Source: a virus. From it: a stretch of 36,809 nucleotides of DNA. The stretch lies in the IMG/VR virus record IMGVR_UViG_3300020109_000004; one strand, written 5' to 3'. Below, in pieces: positions 18,201 to 25,148 of this stretch (within the stretch, counting starts at the first letter, position 1; each line of letters opens with the position of its first letter). The notes beneath the pieces are model-generated. The model ran no database searches and was not told where the DNA came from. It was given only the letters and a program-made list of their open reading frames with translations. The translations under genes were made by a program, and so were the position numbers.

Positions 18201-19078
18201 CGGATCATGCCGGTTTCGCGGCGGCCTTCGCCTATCCCTGGCCGGGCGGCGCCGACGTGCTGCGATCCGCCGACCCCGAGACGGGTTTCGGGCTCAAGCT
18301 GCGGCTTGGGGCATCGGCGCGGGTCGGGGCGACCTTGGCGGCATTGCCGGGCGACCGGGCGGGGGTGGTGACGGGCGGGACGCTCGACGTCGAGGTCTAT
18401 CAAGGAACCTTGATTTCGCGCCCGATCCTCGACGTTTGCAGCGGGGCGAACGCGCTCGCGGTGCAGCACGCCGGCGGGTGGGAAATCCTGCAATTCGTCA
18501 ATGCCGAGCTGATCGGGTCGCGGCGGTGGCGGCTGTCGGGCCTGATCCGAGGGCAGCGCGGGACCGAGGGCGTCGCCGCCGGCGACCTGCCGGCAGGGGC
18601 GCGGGTGGTCATCCTCGACCGGGCTGTCGCCCCGCTCGACATGCTGCCCGAGGACGTGGGCCGGGCCTTTTGGTATCGCACCGGCCCGACCGGCGCCGAT
18701 CCGGCGACTTATGCCGGGCGGTCGCATACGTTCCGGGGCGTCGGTCGCCGGCCCTTCGCGCCCTGTCATCTGCGGGCGGTTCCGCAGGCTGACGGCGTGC
18801 GGCTGTCGTGGATCAGGCGAACGCGGATCGAGGGCGACGCTTGGCCGGATGGCGCGGGCGACGTTCCGGTCGGCGAGGCTGCGGTTCTGTTCCGGGTCGA
18901 AATCGGGCCGGTCGCTGGTGCGGCTGTCCGGGTGGTCGAGGTCGCCTCGCCCCGGTTGGACTATACCGCCGCCATGCGGGCCGCTGATGGCCTGTCGGGC
19001 GCGATCCGGGTTCGGGTGGCGCAGGTTTCCGACAATTACGGGCCGGGGCCGTTCGCGGCCTTGACGGTCCCGGCGTGA
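15218..19078 (+). CDS. host-specificity / baseplate megatron protein, RcGTA g15-like
   Basis: 1286 aa. The Gly/Ala-rich hydrophobic N-terminus (MATIALAAVGQAIGAQIGGSFLG..), size and position after the NlpC/P60 gene match GTA g15-type phage tail proteins. Confidence 0.85.
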   Translation: MATIALAAVGQAIGAQIGGSFLGIGAAVLGQAAGAIAGQMIDARLKSGGTQRVEGPRVESLDVMTSQEGAGIPALEGRSAIAGQVIWATRLEEVVTTSTEQVGGKGGGPSVESTEYAYFANFAVAICEGPVRAWGRVWADDKLIDLSKHNVRFYRGGELQVADPLIVAKEGSAPAYRGLAYLVFERFPLADFGNRLPQVKVEAWGRSGELETLIRGVDLIPGSTEWGYMPEPVRKVTLSDGGEVTGEFAENCHRYSDKSDLSISLDNLSGVLPEADTVALVVAWFGTDLRAGQCRIEPRVEDKTKQTEPYSWRVAGLTRATATAVSRVGDKPAFGSSPDDRSVIRAIQELRRRGKRVVMYPFMMMDVAGGTLPDPGGVGTQGAYPWRGRIRATAGQNVAAEVAAFLGAATPGQFSDAGEVINYAGPSSDWGFRRFIYHLAALARAAGGVDAFLIGSEMVGMTQSTAGGGVYPFVSGLKEIAAGVRSMLPAAQISYAADWSEYHSHRPGGPEVFFNLDPLWSDPNVDFVGIDNYFPLADWRDGSDHLDYNAEAGHVSPYDLDYLKSNVEGGEYFDWFYASDADRRAQIRTPITDGLGERWIWQQKAVRAWHAATHRNRPGGNRSATPTAWVPGSKPVWFTEIGCPSVDKGANQPNLFPSLVSSEGAFPYFSTATRDDFAPRQYLRAALEWWRDNGAGVVAPADVLVWAWDARPWPEFPTQSSIWADGPDWTLGHWLNGRAGNAPAAEAIARRLTQYHGLTPGEFDVRAAYGQADGYAVTGAMPFRGYFSPFEVGLQIDVAEDGGKLTFRSRRALVPAGNLTEADFIDAGGAPYTATRSAIEDVAREALVGFFGGDVDYRRIAARASLDAGAEDGVAEADLPLVLDVERGLVAAEAIIRQATDGRESISFALPPSRQEVRPGRLIGVRVDGGEARPFIVQKVTRGETLKVEARSFAEGALAPNAAPRRAGPAPLTFGARSVEVVFLDLPILPGVEAPDHAGFAAAFAYPWPGGADVLRSADPETGFGLKLRLGASARVGATLAALPGDRAGVVTGGTLDVEVYQGTLISRPILDVCSGANALAVQHAGGWEILQFVNAELIGSRRWRLSGLIRGQRGTEGVAAGDLPAGARVVILDRAVAPLDMLPEDVGRAFWYRTGPTGADPATYAGRSHTFRGVGRRPFAPCHLRAVPQADGVRLSWIRRTRIEGDAWPDGAGDVPVGEAAVLFRVEIGPVAGAAVRVVEVASPRLDYTAAMRAADGLSGAIRVRVAQVSDNYGPGPFAALTVPA

Positions 19079-19111
19079 TGCCGGGGCTGCTTTCTTTTCA
19101 TGGGGTGACGG

Positions 19112-19813
19112 ATGGAAACGCAAGCGTTCAAGCTGCCGCAAATCGTGCCGGATCAGGCGCAAAAGCACTTGCCGGTTAACTGGTCGCTCGACCTGATCGA
19201 CGTCGCCCTCGGGCGCGTGGTCCTATCGGCGACAACCTCGACCGCGCCCAGCTCGCCGGCGCAGGGCGCGGCCTATATCGTTCCGACCGGGGCGGCTTTC
19301 GGGGCTGTCGCCGCCGGCGCCGTGGCGGTCTGGAACGCGGGCGCGTGGCATGGGTTCAATATGCCGATTGGGTCGCGGGTCGCCGTTCTGGATGAAAGCG
19401 GCGACCGCATCCGAACGGCGGTCGGGTGGATGCCGGGCCTCGCGCGCGGGCGCTTCACTGGCGCGGCCCTTGGTATCGAGGTTCGCGACGCGATCTTGAC
19501 GCTTTCGGGCGCCTCGGTCACGGCGGCGAACCTTATCCCGGCGCGGGCGATTGTTCTCGGCGTCACGTCTTGGACAATCCAAGCCGTGACCGGGGCGCCG
19601 TCCTATCGGGTCGGGATGCAAGGCGACGCCGATCTTGCCAAGTTCGGCGGCGGCCTCGGGGTGGCGGTCGGTTCTTCCAACGTGGGCGTTGTGGGGCCGT
19701 TCGCGACCTATGCGCCGGCGGGCGTCATCGTCGGGGCGACGAGCGGGTCATTTACCGGCGGGCGCGTCGGCGTCGCGGTGTCGCTGCTGATGCCCGGCGC
19801 GGCGCCGATCTGA
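19112..19813 (+). CDS. DUF2793-like fibre / receptor-binding protein
   Basis: N-terminus LPQIVPDQAQKHLPVNWSLDLID...PAQGAAYIV...VAVWNAGAWHGF matches the DUF2793 pattern as I recall it, often next to g15-like genes. Confidence 0.55.
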   Translation: METQAFKLPQIVPDQAQKHLPVNWSLDLIDVALGRVVLSATTSTAPSSPAQGAAYIVPTGAAFGAVAAGAVAVWNAGAWHGFNMPIGSRVAVLDESGDRIRTAVGWMPGLARGRFTGAALGIEVRDAILTLSGASVTAANLIPARAIVLGVTSWTIQAVTGAPSYRVGMQGDADLAKFGGGLGVAVGSSNVGVVGPFATYAPAGVIVGATSGSFTGGRVGVAVSLLMPGAAPI

Positions 19814-19823
19814 GGGGGCGGTC

Positions 19824-20243
19824 ATGGCAACACGCGCCGAAATCGTCGCGGCGATCCGCGCCCGGATTGCGACCGTCATCACCGGGCCGGGCGCCGACCG
19901 TTCCGAAATGGTCGAGGGCGCGACCCTCGACCGCCTGCCGGCCTTTGCCGTGCGGGGTCAACTGGTTTCATCCGAGCCCGCGTCGATGGGCTCGCGTGAG
20001 CTGCGGATGGTGGATCGCATAGAGGTCGCGCTCATGTGCCGGCAGGGCTCGACCCTCGGCAATGCGGCGGATGATCTGGCGGCCCGCGTTCGCGACGCGA
20101 TCCTTGCCGAACCTGCCGACCTTGGCGGGCTTGTCTGGGATCTTCGACTAGCCGGCGTATCAAGCGAAATCGAGGCCGGCGAGGGGCGCATCGCCCGCGC
20201 CGAGATCGGTTTCGACGCCGAGCATTTCGGGCCGCTCGCCTAA
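19824..20243 (+). CDS. hypothetical virion protein (tail-terminator/completion-like pattern)
   Basis: 139-aa ORF with GGGGG Shine-Dalgarno and a weak resemblance to small tail-completion proteins. It is the last gene before a strong terminator. Confidence 0.35.
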   Translation: MATRAEIVAAIRARIATVITGPGADRSEMVEGATLDRLPAFAVRGQLVSSEPASMGSRELRMVDRIEVALMCRQGSTLGNAADDLAARVRDAILAEPADLGGLVWDLRLAGVSSEIEAGEGRIARAEIGFDAEHFGPLA

Positions 20244-20286
20244 GGGCCAGCGGCTTTCCGCATTGTGCGGGCGCGCGGCGCCTGCG

Positions 20287-20312
20287 GGCCGCCTGTGGGC
20301 GGCCTTTTGCAT
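20287..20312 (+). terminator. rho-independent terminator ending the tail operon
   Basis: GGCCGCC / GGCGGCC stem with a 4-nt loop, followed by TTTTGCATTT. Confidence 0.7.
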
Positions 20313-20329
20313 TTCTGGGGTGGCAATCT

Positions 20330-21055
20330 ATGTCTGACAAGTTTCGGGCCGCTATGGCCTTCGTGCGCGCGTGGGAAGGCGGCTGGTCAAATCACAAGGC
20401 CGATCCGGGCGGCCTCACGAAATGGGGCGTCACAATCCAAACCGTGATCGCGAAAGGGCTCGATTTCAACGGCGACGGCAAGATCGACGCCCGCGATCTT
20501 GAGGCGATGACGTGGGCGCAGGCCGAACGCCTTTATCGCGAGGATTATTTCGACCTGATCCGGGGCGACGAGCTGCCCGAGCCTGTCGCGATCCTCGCCT
20601 TTGACGCGGCGGTCAATCAGGGGCCGGGGCGCGCGGGGCGGTGGCTGCAAGAAACTGCCGGCATGACGGGCCGGGCGGTAGATGGCGCGGTCGGGCCGGT
20701 CACGGTCGCCGCGATCCTGAAAGCCTATGCCGCCGATGACCGCGCCTTTCTTCGCGAGTTTCAGGTTCGCCGGGCGCTGCATTATTCGAGCCTGTCGACG
20801 TTCGTCACCTTCGGGCGCGGCTGGTTCCGCCGCCTGATCGACGGGACAATCGAGGCGGCCCGGATCGGGCGCGAGGTCGAGGTCGAGCGGCCCGAGCTGG
20901 GCGAGCCGGGCGAGCTGGGCGCGTTCCTTGCCGACGTCGCCGCCAATGCCGAGGCGTCGGCGCGGATGGCGCGCGAGGCCGCCGCCGCCGCCGATGACGT
21001 TGCCGCCGATCTGCGCGACCGGGCGCTCGATCTGAACATCGGGGGCGCCGCGTGA
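20330..21055 (+). CDS. endolysin, GH108 N-acetylmuramidase with PG_binding_3-like domain and C-terminal extension
   Basis: FVRAWEGGWSNHKADPGGLTKWGVT (catalytic EGG motif context) followed by FDAAVNQGPGRAGRWLQ...VDGAVGPVT. The roughly 50-aa acidic helical tail is atypical. Confidence 0.8.
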   Translation: MSDKFRAAMAFVRAWEGGWSNHKADPGGLTKWGVTIQTVIAKGLDFNGDGKIDARDLEAMTWAQAERLYREDYFDLIRGDELPEPVAILAFDAAVNQGPGRAGRWLQETAGMTGRAVDGAVGPVTVAAILKAYAADDRAFLREFQVRRALHYSSLSTFVTFGRGWFRRLIDGTIEAARIGREVEVERPELGEPGELGAFLADVAANAEASARMAREAAAAADDVAADLRDRALDLNIGGAA

Positions 21056-21342
21056 CCGCCGCCGTTCTGAACCGGGCTGATCTGGCCTTGATCGGCACGG
21101 CGGCGACGGCGACGGGCGTGTCGAACGCGATCAGCGTCGCGGCGACGGCATCGCAGGGCGGCGCCCTGCGGTTCCTTGAGCTGGCCGTGGTCAATTTCCA
21201 GTGGCACGGCGTGGCGGCCTATCTGACGCCGACAGACCTAATCGCGGTCACGTCGGCGTCGATCCTGCTGATCCGGTTCGCCGCGTGGGTGGCGGCGCCG
21301 GTCGTGCGTCTGATGAAACGGGGGAAGCATGGCGCAACGTGA
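21052..21342 (+). CDS. putative holin
   Basis: 96 aa with hydrophobic segments and a charged C-terminus (RLMKRGKHGAT). The GTG start overlaps the endolysin stop. Confidence 0.4.
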   Translation: MTAAVLNRADLALIGTAATATGVSNAISVAATASQGGALRFLELAVVNFQWHGVAAYLTPTDLIAVTSASILLIRFAAWVAAPVVRLMKRGKHGAT

Positions 21343-22927
21343 GGGCCGAACGGCACCGATCACGCCCGACGAGGCTCGCGAGGCGGTTATCGCCCGCGAC
21401 GCCTTCGGCGGCGTGTCGCAGGGGGCGCGCGCCCTCGGGCTGACGCGCTCGGGGATGCATCGGCGGTTGCGCGTGGCCGATGGCCTCGGGATCACGCCGA
21501 CCGGCGAGGCGGTCGCGTCGCGGCCCGAGGATTTGCCCTTGCCCGAGCCGGGTCGGGTGGCGCGGTATATCCTGACGGCGGCGCAAAACAACACCGCGCT
21601 TCATGCCGAGTTCTGGCGCAACCTGACCGCCCTGGCCGATCATTACGCGGCGCGGATCATCGCCGGGCGCATCCGCTACAACCGCACGGCGGGGCAGGTG
21701 CGGCAAGAAAAGATCGACGGCAAGGCCGATGCGTCGCTGTGGTATGCCGCCGAAATCGAGCCCTTTTTCTGCGACGCGCGCTTGCGGCTGGCGCCGGGCC
21801 TGATCTGGGCCGGCGATATGAACGCAATCCCGACCGCCGCGAATCCTCTGTCGGGGCTCGATAGCTTCACCGGCGCCGAAAGCTGCATCTTTCCGCACAC
21901 GCAAATCGCCTTGCGGTCGGTGGCGACGGTCAAGGGCGAGCGGGCAAAGTTCAGCTATACAACCGGCGCCGCGACGCTGAAAAACTACATCAAGCGGAAA
22001 GCCGGCCTCAAGGCCGAGTTTCATCACGCCTTTGCGGCCTTGCTGGTCGAGGTTGACGCGGCGGGCGATTGGTTCGTGCGGCAGCTCAACGCCGACCCTT
22101 CGGGGGTGATCTATGACCTCGACGTCAGGGCCAAGGCCGGCAAGGTCAAGGCCGGGCGCTATGTCGCGGCGCTGACGCCCGGCGATATTCACGGCGTCAA
22201 CCTCGATCCGGTCATCGCCGGGGCGGTCTGGGGGCCGGGCGGTCTGGTCGATACGCTGCGCCCCGGCGTGCAAGTCCTGCACGATCTTTTCGACATGGAA
22301 AGCCGGTCGCATCACAACGACATTTTCGAGGCTTACCGGCTGCATATCCGGGGCCGTGAAAGCGTCGAGGTCGAGGTCGCCCGCACGGCTGAGGCGCTGG
22401 CCGGCATGGTGCGGCCTTGGTGCCGAACCTATGTCGTCAAGTCCAATCACGACGAACATCTCGACCGATGGATCAAAGAGGGGGATTTCAAGCGCGATCC
22501 TGTCAACGCCGGGTTTTACCTGTCGGCGGCGGCGGCCAAGTTCGAGGCGATCCGCGACGGGCGCGACGATTTCGATTTGCTGCGATGGGCGGTCGCCCGA
22601 TCCGGCAAGGCGCCCTCGGTCGAGTGGCTGGCGCGCGACGAAAGCCTAAGGGTCGCCGGGGTCGAAATGGGCTTGCACGGCGATCTAGGGCCGAACGGCT
22701 CGCGCGGATCGGCGGCGGGCCTGTCGCGGATCGGCGCAAAGGCGAACATCGGTCACAGTCACGCGGCGGCGATCTTTGCCGGGTGCTATCAAGCCGGCGT
22801 GAGCTGTGCGCTTGACATGGGCTATAACCGGGGGCCGTCCAACTGGTCGCACTCGCATATTGTGACCTATGAAAACGGCAAGCGGGCGATCATCACGCAT
22901 CGGGGGCCGAAATGGCGGGCGGTCTGA
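21329..22927 (+). CDS. HTH-containing calcineurin-like metallophosphoesterase (SbcD/Mre11- or PDE-like)
   Basis: Ordered motifs: GDIHG (22181), VLHDLFD, SNHDEH (22442), GLHGD, IGHSH (22751). N-terminal HTH-like GARALGLTRSGMHRRLRVA. GGGAAG Shine-Dalgarno. Confidence 0.7.
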   Translation: MAQREGRTAPITPDEAREAVIARDAFGGVSQGARALGLTRSGMHRRLRVADGLGITPTGEAVASRPEDLPLPEPGRVARYILTAAQNNTALHAEFWRNLTALADHYAARIIAGRIRYNRTAGQVRQEKIDGKADASLWYAAEIEPFFCDARLRLAPGLIWAGDMNAIPTAANPLSGLDSFTGAESCIFPHTQIALRSVATVKGERAKFSYTTGAATLKNYIKRKAGLKAEFHHAFAALLVEVDAAGDWFVRQLNADPSGVIYDLDVRAKAGKVKAGRYVAALTPGDIHGVNLDPVIAGAVWGPGGLVDTLRPGVQVLHDLFDMESRSHHNDIFEAYRLHIRGRESVEVEVARTAEALAGMVRPWCRTYVVKSNHDEHLDRWIKEGDFKRDPVNAGFYLSAAAAKFEAIRDGRDDFDLLRWAVARSGKAPSVEWLARDESLRVAGVEMGLHGDLGPNGSRGSAAGLSRIGAKANIGHSHAAAIFAGCYQAGVSCALDMGYNRGPSNWSHSHIVTYENGKRAIITHRGPKWRAV

Positions 22928-23022
22928 TCGCCCTCGCCCTCGGGGCGCTCTATCTCAAATGGGGCGGCGCGATCCTGCGGCCCTCGATCCGGCAATCGAC
23001 AAGGGGGCGGCGTCATGGCTGA
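22912..23022 (+). CDS. possible 36-aa hydrophobic micro-protein
   Basis: MAGGLIALALGALYLKWGGAILRPSIRQSTRGRRHG. Starts 16 nt before the upstream stop and ends in an ATGGCTGA overlap with the next gene. Below the ORF-track length cut-off. Confidence 0.25.
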   Translation: MAGGLIALALGALYLKWGGAILRPSIRQSTRGRRHG

Positions 23023-23497
23023 TCCGAAAGGCGCGCAAGGCGCCGCAAAGGTTCCTTTCCGCGCCCTGCCGTGGGCGGTGATCGCCGAGGCGTCGCTCGG
23101 CATGGGCGAGGGTGCGGTCAAGTATGGGCCGCACAACTGGCGCAGCTCGGGCGGGGTCGAGGCGATGACCTATGTCGAGGGCGCAATTCGGCATCTGACC
23201 GCCTTTGTTCTCGGCGAGGATACCGACGCGGCCTCGGGCGTCTCGCATGTCTCGAAAGCAATCTCGGGCCTGATGATCCTGCGCGACGCCCAGCTCAACG
23301 GGGCTTGCCTCGACAACCGCCCGCCGCCGGTCGAGGCCGGTTTCATGGACGCGCTCAACGCGCAATGGTCCGAGGTCCGCGCCCGCGCCGAGGTCGAGCG
23401 GGCGCGGATCGCCGGCAGCTCGGCGCCGGTCGATCCGGTCGGGTTGCCCGATCTGGTCGGCGCCGGTTTCGCCGCCGAGGATTGGCGGTCGAGATAG
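23015..23497 (+). CDS. DUF5664-like (dATP/dGTP diphosphohydrolase N-domain-like) nucleotide hydrolase
   Basis: KVPFRALPWAVIAEASLGMGEGAVKYGPHNWRS....AIRHLTAFVLGEDTDAASGVSHVSKAI matches the KYG..NW / RHL / GE..D..SG pattern. The family name is from memory. Confidence 0.55.
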   Translation: MADPKGAQGAAKVPFRALPWAVIAEASLGMGEGAVKYGPHNWRSSGGVEAMTYVEGAIRHLTAFVLGEDTDAASGVSHVSKAISGLMILRDAQLNGACLDNRPPPVEAGFMDALNAQWSEVRARAEVERARIAGSSAPVDPVGLPDLVGAGFAAEDWRSR

Positions 23498-23749
23498 GGC
23501 AGGGGGGTCGCCCTGCCCTGCCCTGATCGCCCTGCCCTATCGCCCCGCGCTGCCCTTAATCGGGTGGCGCGGGGCTTTTTGCGTTTCAATTCAACGGCAG
23601 GGGGGTCGCATCCTCGGGGCGGTCTGGCGGGGCAGGGGGGTCGCCCTGCCCTTGCCCGGCTGTCGAGCGGCGCCTCGATCCTCGATCCGGCGGCCTGTCG
23701 CCCTGCCCTCGCCTCGATCTGCGGCCCGCGATCCGCCTGCCCTGCCCTT
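23496..23749. repeat. GCCCT-pentamer / TCGCCCTGCCCT repeat cluster with two AGGGCAGGG-N6-CCCTGCCCT inverted repeats
   Basis: TCGCCCTGCCCT at 23508, 23527, 23641 and 23698. GGCAGGGGGGTCGC at about 23499, 23596 and 23631. Inverted repeats at 23496-23519 and 23630-23651. Confidence 0.7.
23542..23581 (+). terminator. rho-independent terminator ending the late transcription unit
   Basis: GCCCCGCGC (23542-23550) / GCGCGGGGC (23567-23575) followed by TTTTTG. Confidence 0.6.
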
Positions 23750-23832
23750 GTCTTAATCTCATGGATTAGCAACCGCGACTTGATCGGGCGACGTCAGGGG
23801 CTTAGCGCATTAACTTAAAGTAACCTGTGAAT

Positions 23833-23860
23833 AAAAAGGCGCCTTGGCGCCCTTCTTGTT
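23833..23860. terminator. bidirectional hairpin in the AT-rich origin-proximal tract
   Basis: AAAAA-GGCGCCTTGGCGCC-CTTCTTGTT. The A5 and T-rich flanks give terminator-like structure in both directions. Confidence 0.35.
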
Positions 23861-23923
23861 CTAAATAGTTCTATAGTTCAGGGCCGAATTGCCGAGGAAA
23901 ATCAATACCCTGCCCGGTTTCAG

Positions 23924-24001
23924 GTAGGGAATTGCGCCGGTTAAGTAGGGAATTGCGCCGGATAGGTAGGGAATTGCGCCGGATAGGTAGGGAATTGCGC
24001 C
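23924..24001 (+). repeat. four direct iterons GTAGGGAATTGCGCC phased at exactly 21 bp
   Basis: Exact 15-mers start at 23924, 23945, 23966 and 23987, immediately upstream of the Rep-like gene and downstream of the lowest-GC stretch (about 23800-23915). Confidence 0.9.
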
Positions 24002-24012
24002 ACAATCTGAGG

Positions 24013-24041
24013 TTGACGGGCAGGATTTCCCGACCGATAAA
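24013..24041 (+). promoter_or_regulatory. candidate rep promoter TTGACG-N17-GATAAA
   Basis: -35 at 24013-24018 and -10 at 24036-24041. The ATG at 24048 lies 7 nt after the -10 with no Shine-Dalgarno. Confidence 0.4.
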
Positions 24042-24047
24042 CCTACC

Positions 24048-25103
24048 ATGAGCAAAACAGTCACAGTCGCCCGAGAACGGGCTTTCGATCAAAGCGTGAC
24101 GGTCTATCCGACCGAGGTCGCGCGGGGGGTTTACATGCGGAACGCGCCGGGGCTTCAAGCCCTCAAGCTGATGCACTTAATGATCGCGACCGCCGGCGGC
24201 AGGATGGCCGACGAGGTGGGTCACGAAATCCGGCTTTCGGATATTCGCCGGGTCGATGGCTTGAACCGTCACACGCGGGCGACCCTGACGCCGCTGTTTG
24301 AGGAATTGCGCGCGGCGGTGATGACCTGCGACGATCCGACCGAGAAAAAGGTCGCAATCGGCGGCCTGCTCGATGACGCCGTGATCGACTATCGCGAGGA
24401 AGGCGCGGGCGAGCTGCTGGTCACGTTCTACTTTGCTCGGCGGTTCCGGCTGATGGCCTCGGCGTCGCAGCATTGGGCGATCATCGACCGGCAGGCGGTC
24501 TATCATCTGGGCAGCAAGTATGCCGTTCTGCTGTTCCAGCACGTCGCGAGCCTGATCGGGTTGCGGCATGTCACGTCGAAAACCTTTAGCGTCGCCGAGC
24601 TGCGCGGCGTGCTGGGCGTTCCCGAGGGCAAGGTCGAGCGGTTCGCGAACCTAAACCGCGACGCGCTGGCGCCGGCGATTGCCGAAATCAACCGGGCGGC
24701 CCGCGCCGGCCTGTCGCGGTTCGAGCTGTCGGTCGAGGTCGAAAAGCGGGGCCGCACGGTCGAGCGCGTCAAGATCGCGTGGCACGTCAAGGCGCCTGCC
24801 GGCGAAAAGGGCGCAGGCAAGCCCAGCAAGGGGGCCAGCAAGGCCGCCGCGCTGTCGGTGGTCCCTGACGCCGTGACGACGGCAAAGCCCGCCTCGGCGG
24901 CCCCTGTGGCGTTTCCTGCGACGGGTTCGATTGCTTATTGCGACCATTGGCTCGCGATCAAGCGCGCCGCCGGGTGCAACATGGACAACGCCCAGATTGC
25001 GACGCAATTCCGGGCGTTCTGCCGCGACAAGGGCTTGCCCTTGGATGGCCGGCAAATCGAAAAGGTTTTCGGCGACTATTGCCGCAAGGTCGGGCGCGTC
25101 TAG
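24048..25103 (+). CDS. iteron-type replication initiator (Rep_3/RepA-like, two winged-helix domains)
   Basis: 351 aa. The second-domain pattern SKYAVLLFQHV....TFSVAELRGVLGV....RFANLNRDALAPAIAEIN....VEKRGRTVERVKIAW is typical of plasmid Rep_3 initiators, and iterons lie directly upstream. Confidence 0.75.
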   Translation: MSKTVTVARERAFDQSVTVYPTEVARGVYMRNAPGLQALKLMHLMIATAGGRMADEVGHEIRLSDIRRVDGLNRHTRATLTPLFEELRAAVMTCDDPTEKKVAIGGLLDDAVIDYREEGAGELLVTFYFARRFRLMASASQHWAIIDRQAVYHLGSKYAVLLFQHVASLIGLRHVTSKTFSVAELRGVLGVPEGKVERFANLNRDALAPAIAEINRAARAGLSRFELSVEVEKRGRTVERVKIAWHVKAPAGEKGAGKPSKGASKAAALSVVPDAVTTAKPASAAPVAFPATGSIAYCDHWLAIKRAAGCNMDNAQIATQFRAFCRDKGLPLDGRQIEKVFGDYCRKVGRV

Positions 25104-25148
25104 GGCGCCCCGGCCCGATCTGCCCTCGCCGGTTCTCGGCGACCTGAC

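Noticed and set aside
12788-19078. The window being a gene transfer agent cluster rather than a phage.
   Set aside because: The element has its own terminase pair of lambda type, lysis cassette, repressor, origin, Rep, primase, helicase and SSB. It also closes into a 36.7-kb circle. That is a self-sufficient phage genome.
23015-23497. Z-genome (2-aminoadenine) pathway, given an HD hydrolase (30182..30745) plus a dATP/dGTP-diphosphohydrolase-like domain.
   Set aside because: No PurZ/adenylosuccinate-synthetase-like ORF is present in the genome. The two hydrolases are also far apart in different operons.
23564-23818. 84-aa + strand ORF in the GCCCT repeat region.
   Set aside because: It starts with GTG inside the terminator stem and has low-complexity composition dictated by the repeats. 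It has no Shine-Dalgarno.
23750-23920. attP site or integration module in the AT-rich non-coding tract.
   Set aside because: No recombinase gene of any family was recognised and no tRNA-like sequence is present. The tract is better explained as the unwinding element of the iteron origin.
23924-24001. Possible CRISPR array (regularly spaced direct repeats).
   Set aside because: The repeats are 15 bp with only 6-bp near-identical spacers. No cas genes are present, and the repeats sit immediately upstream of a Rep-type initiator. They are iterons.
23861-24064. 67-aa minus-strand ORF with repeated GAIPYLS peptide.
   Set aside because: The peptide repeat is just the translation of the four 21-bp iterons. 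The ORF runs through the origin and into the rep start.
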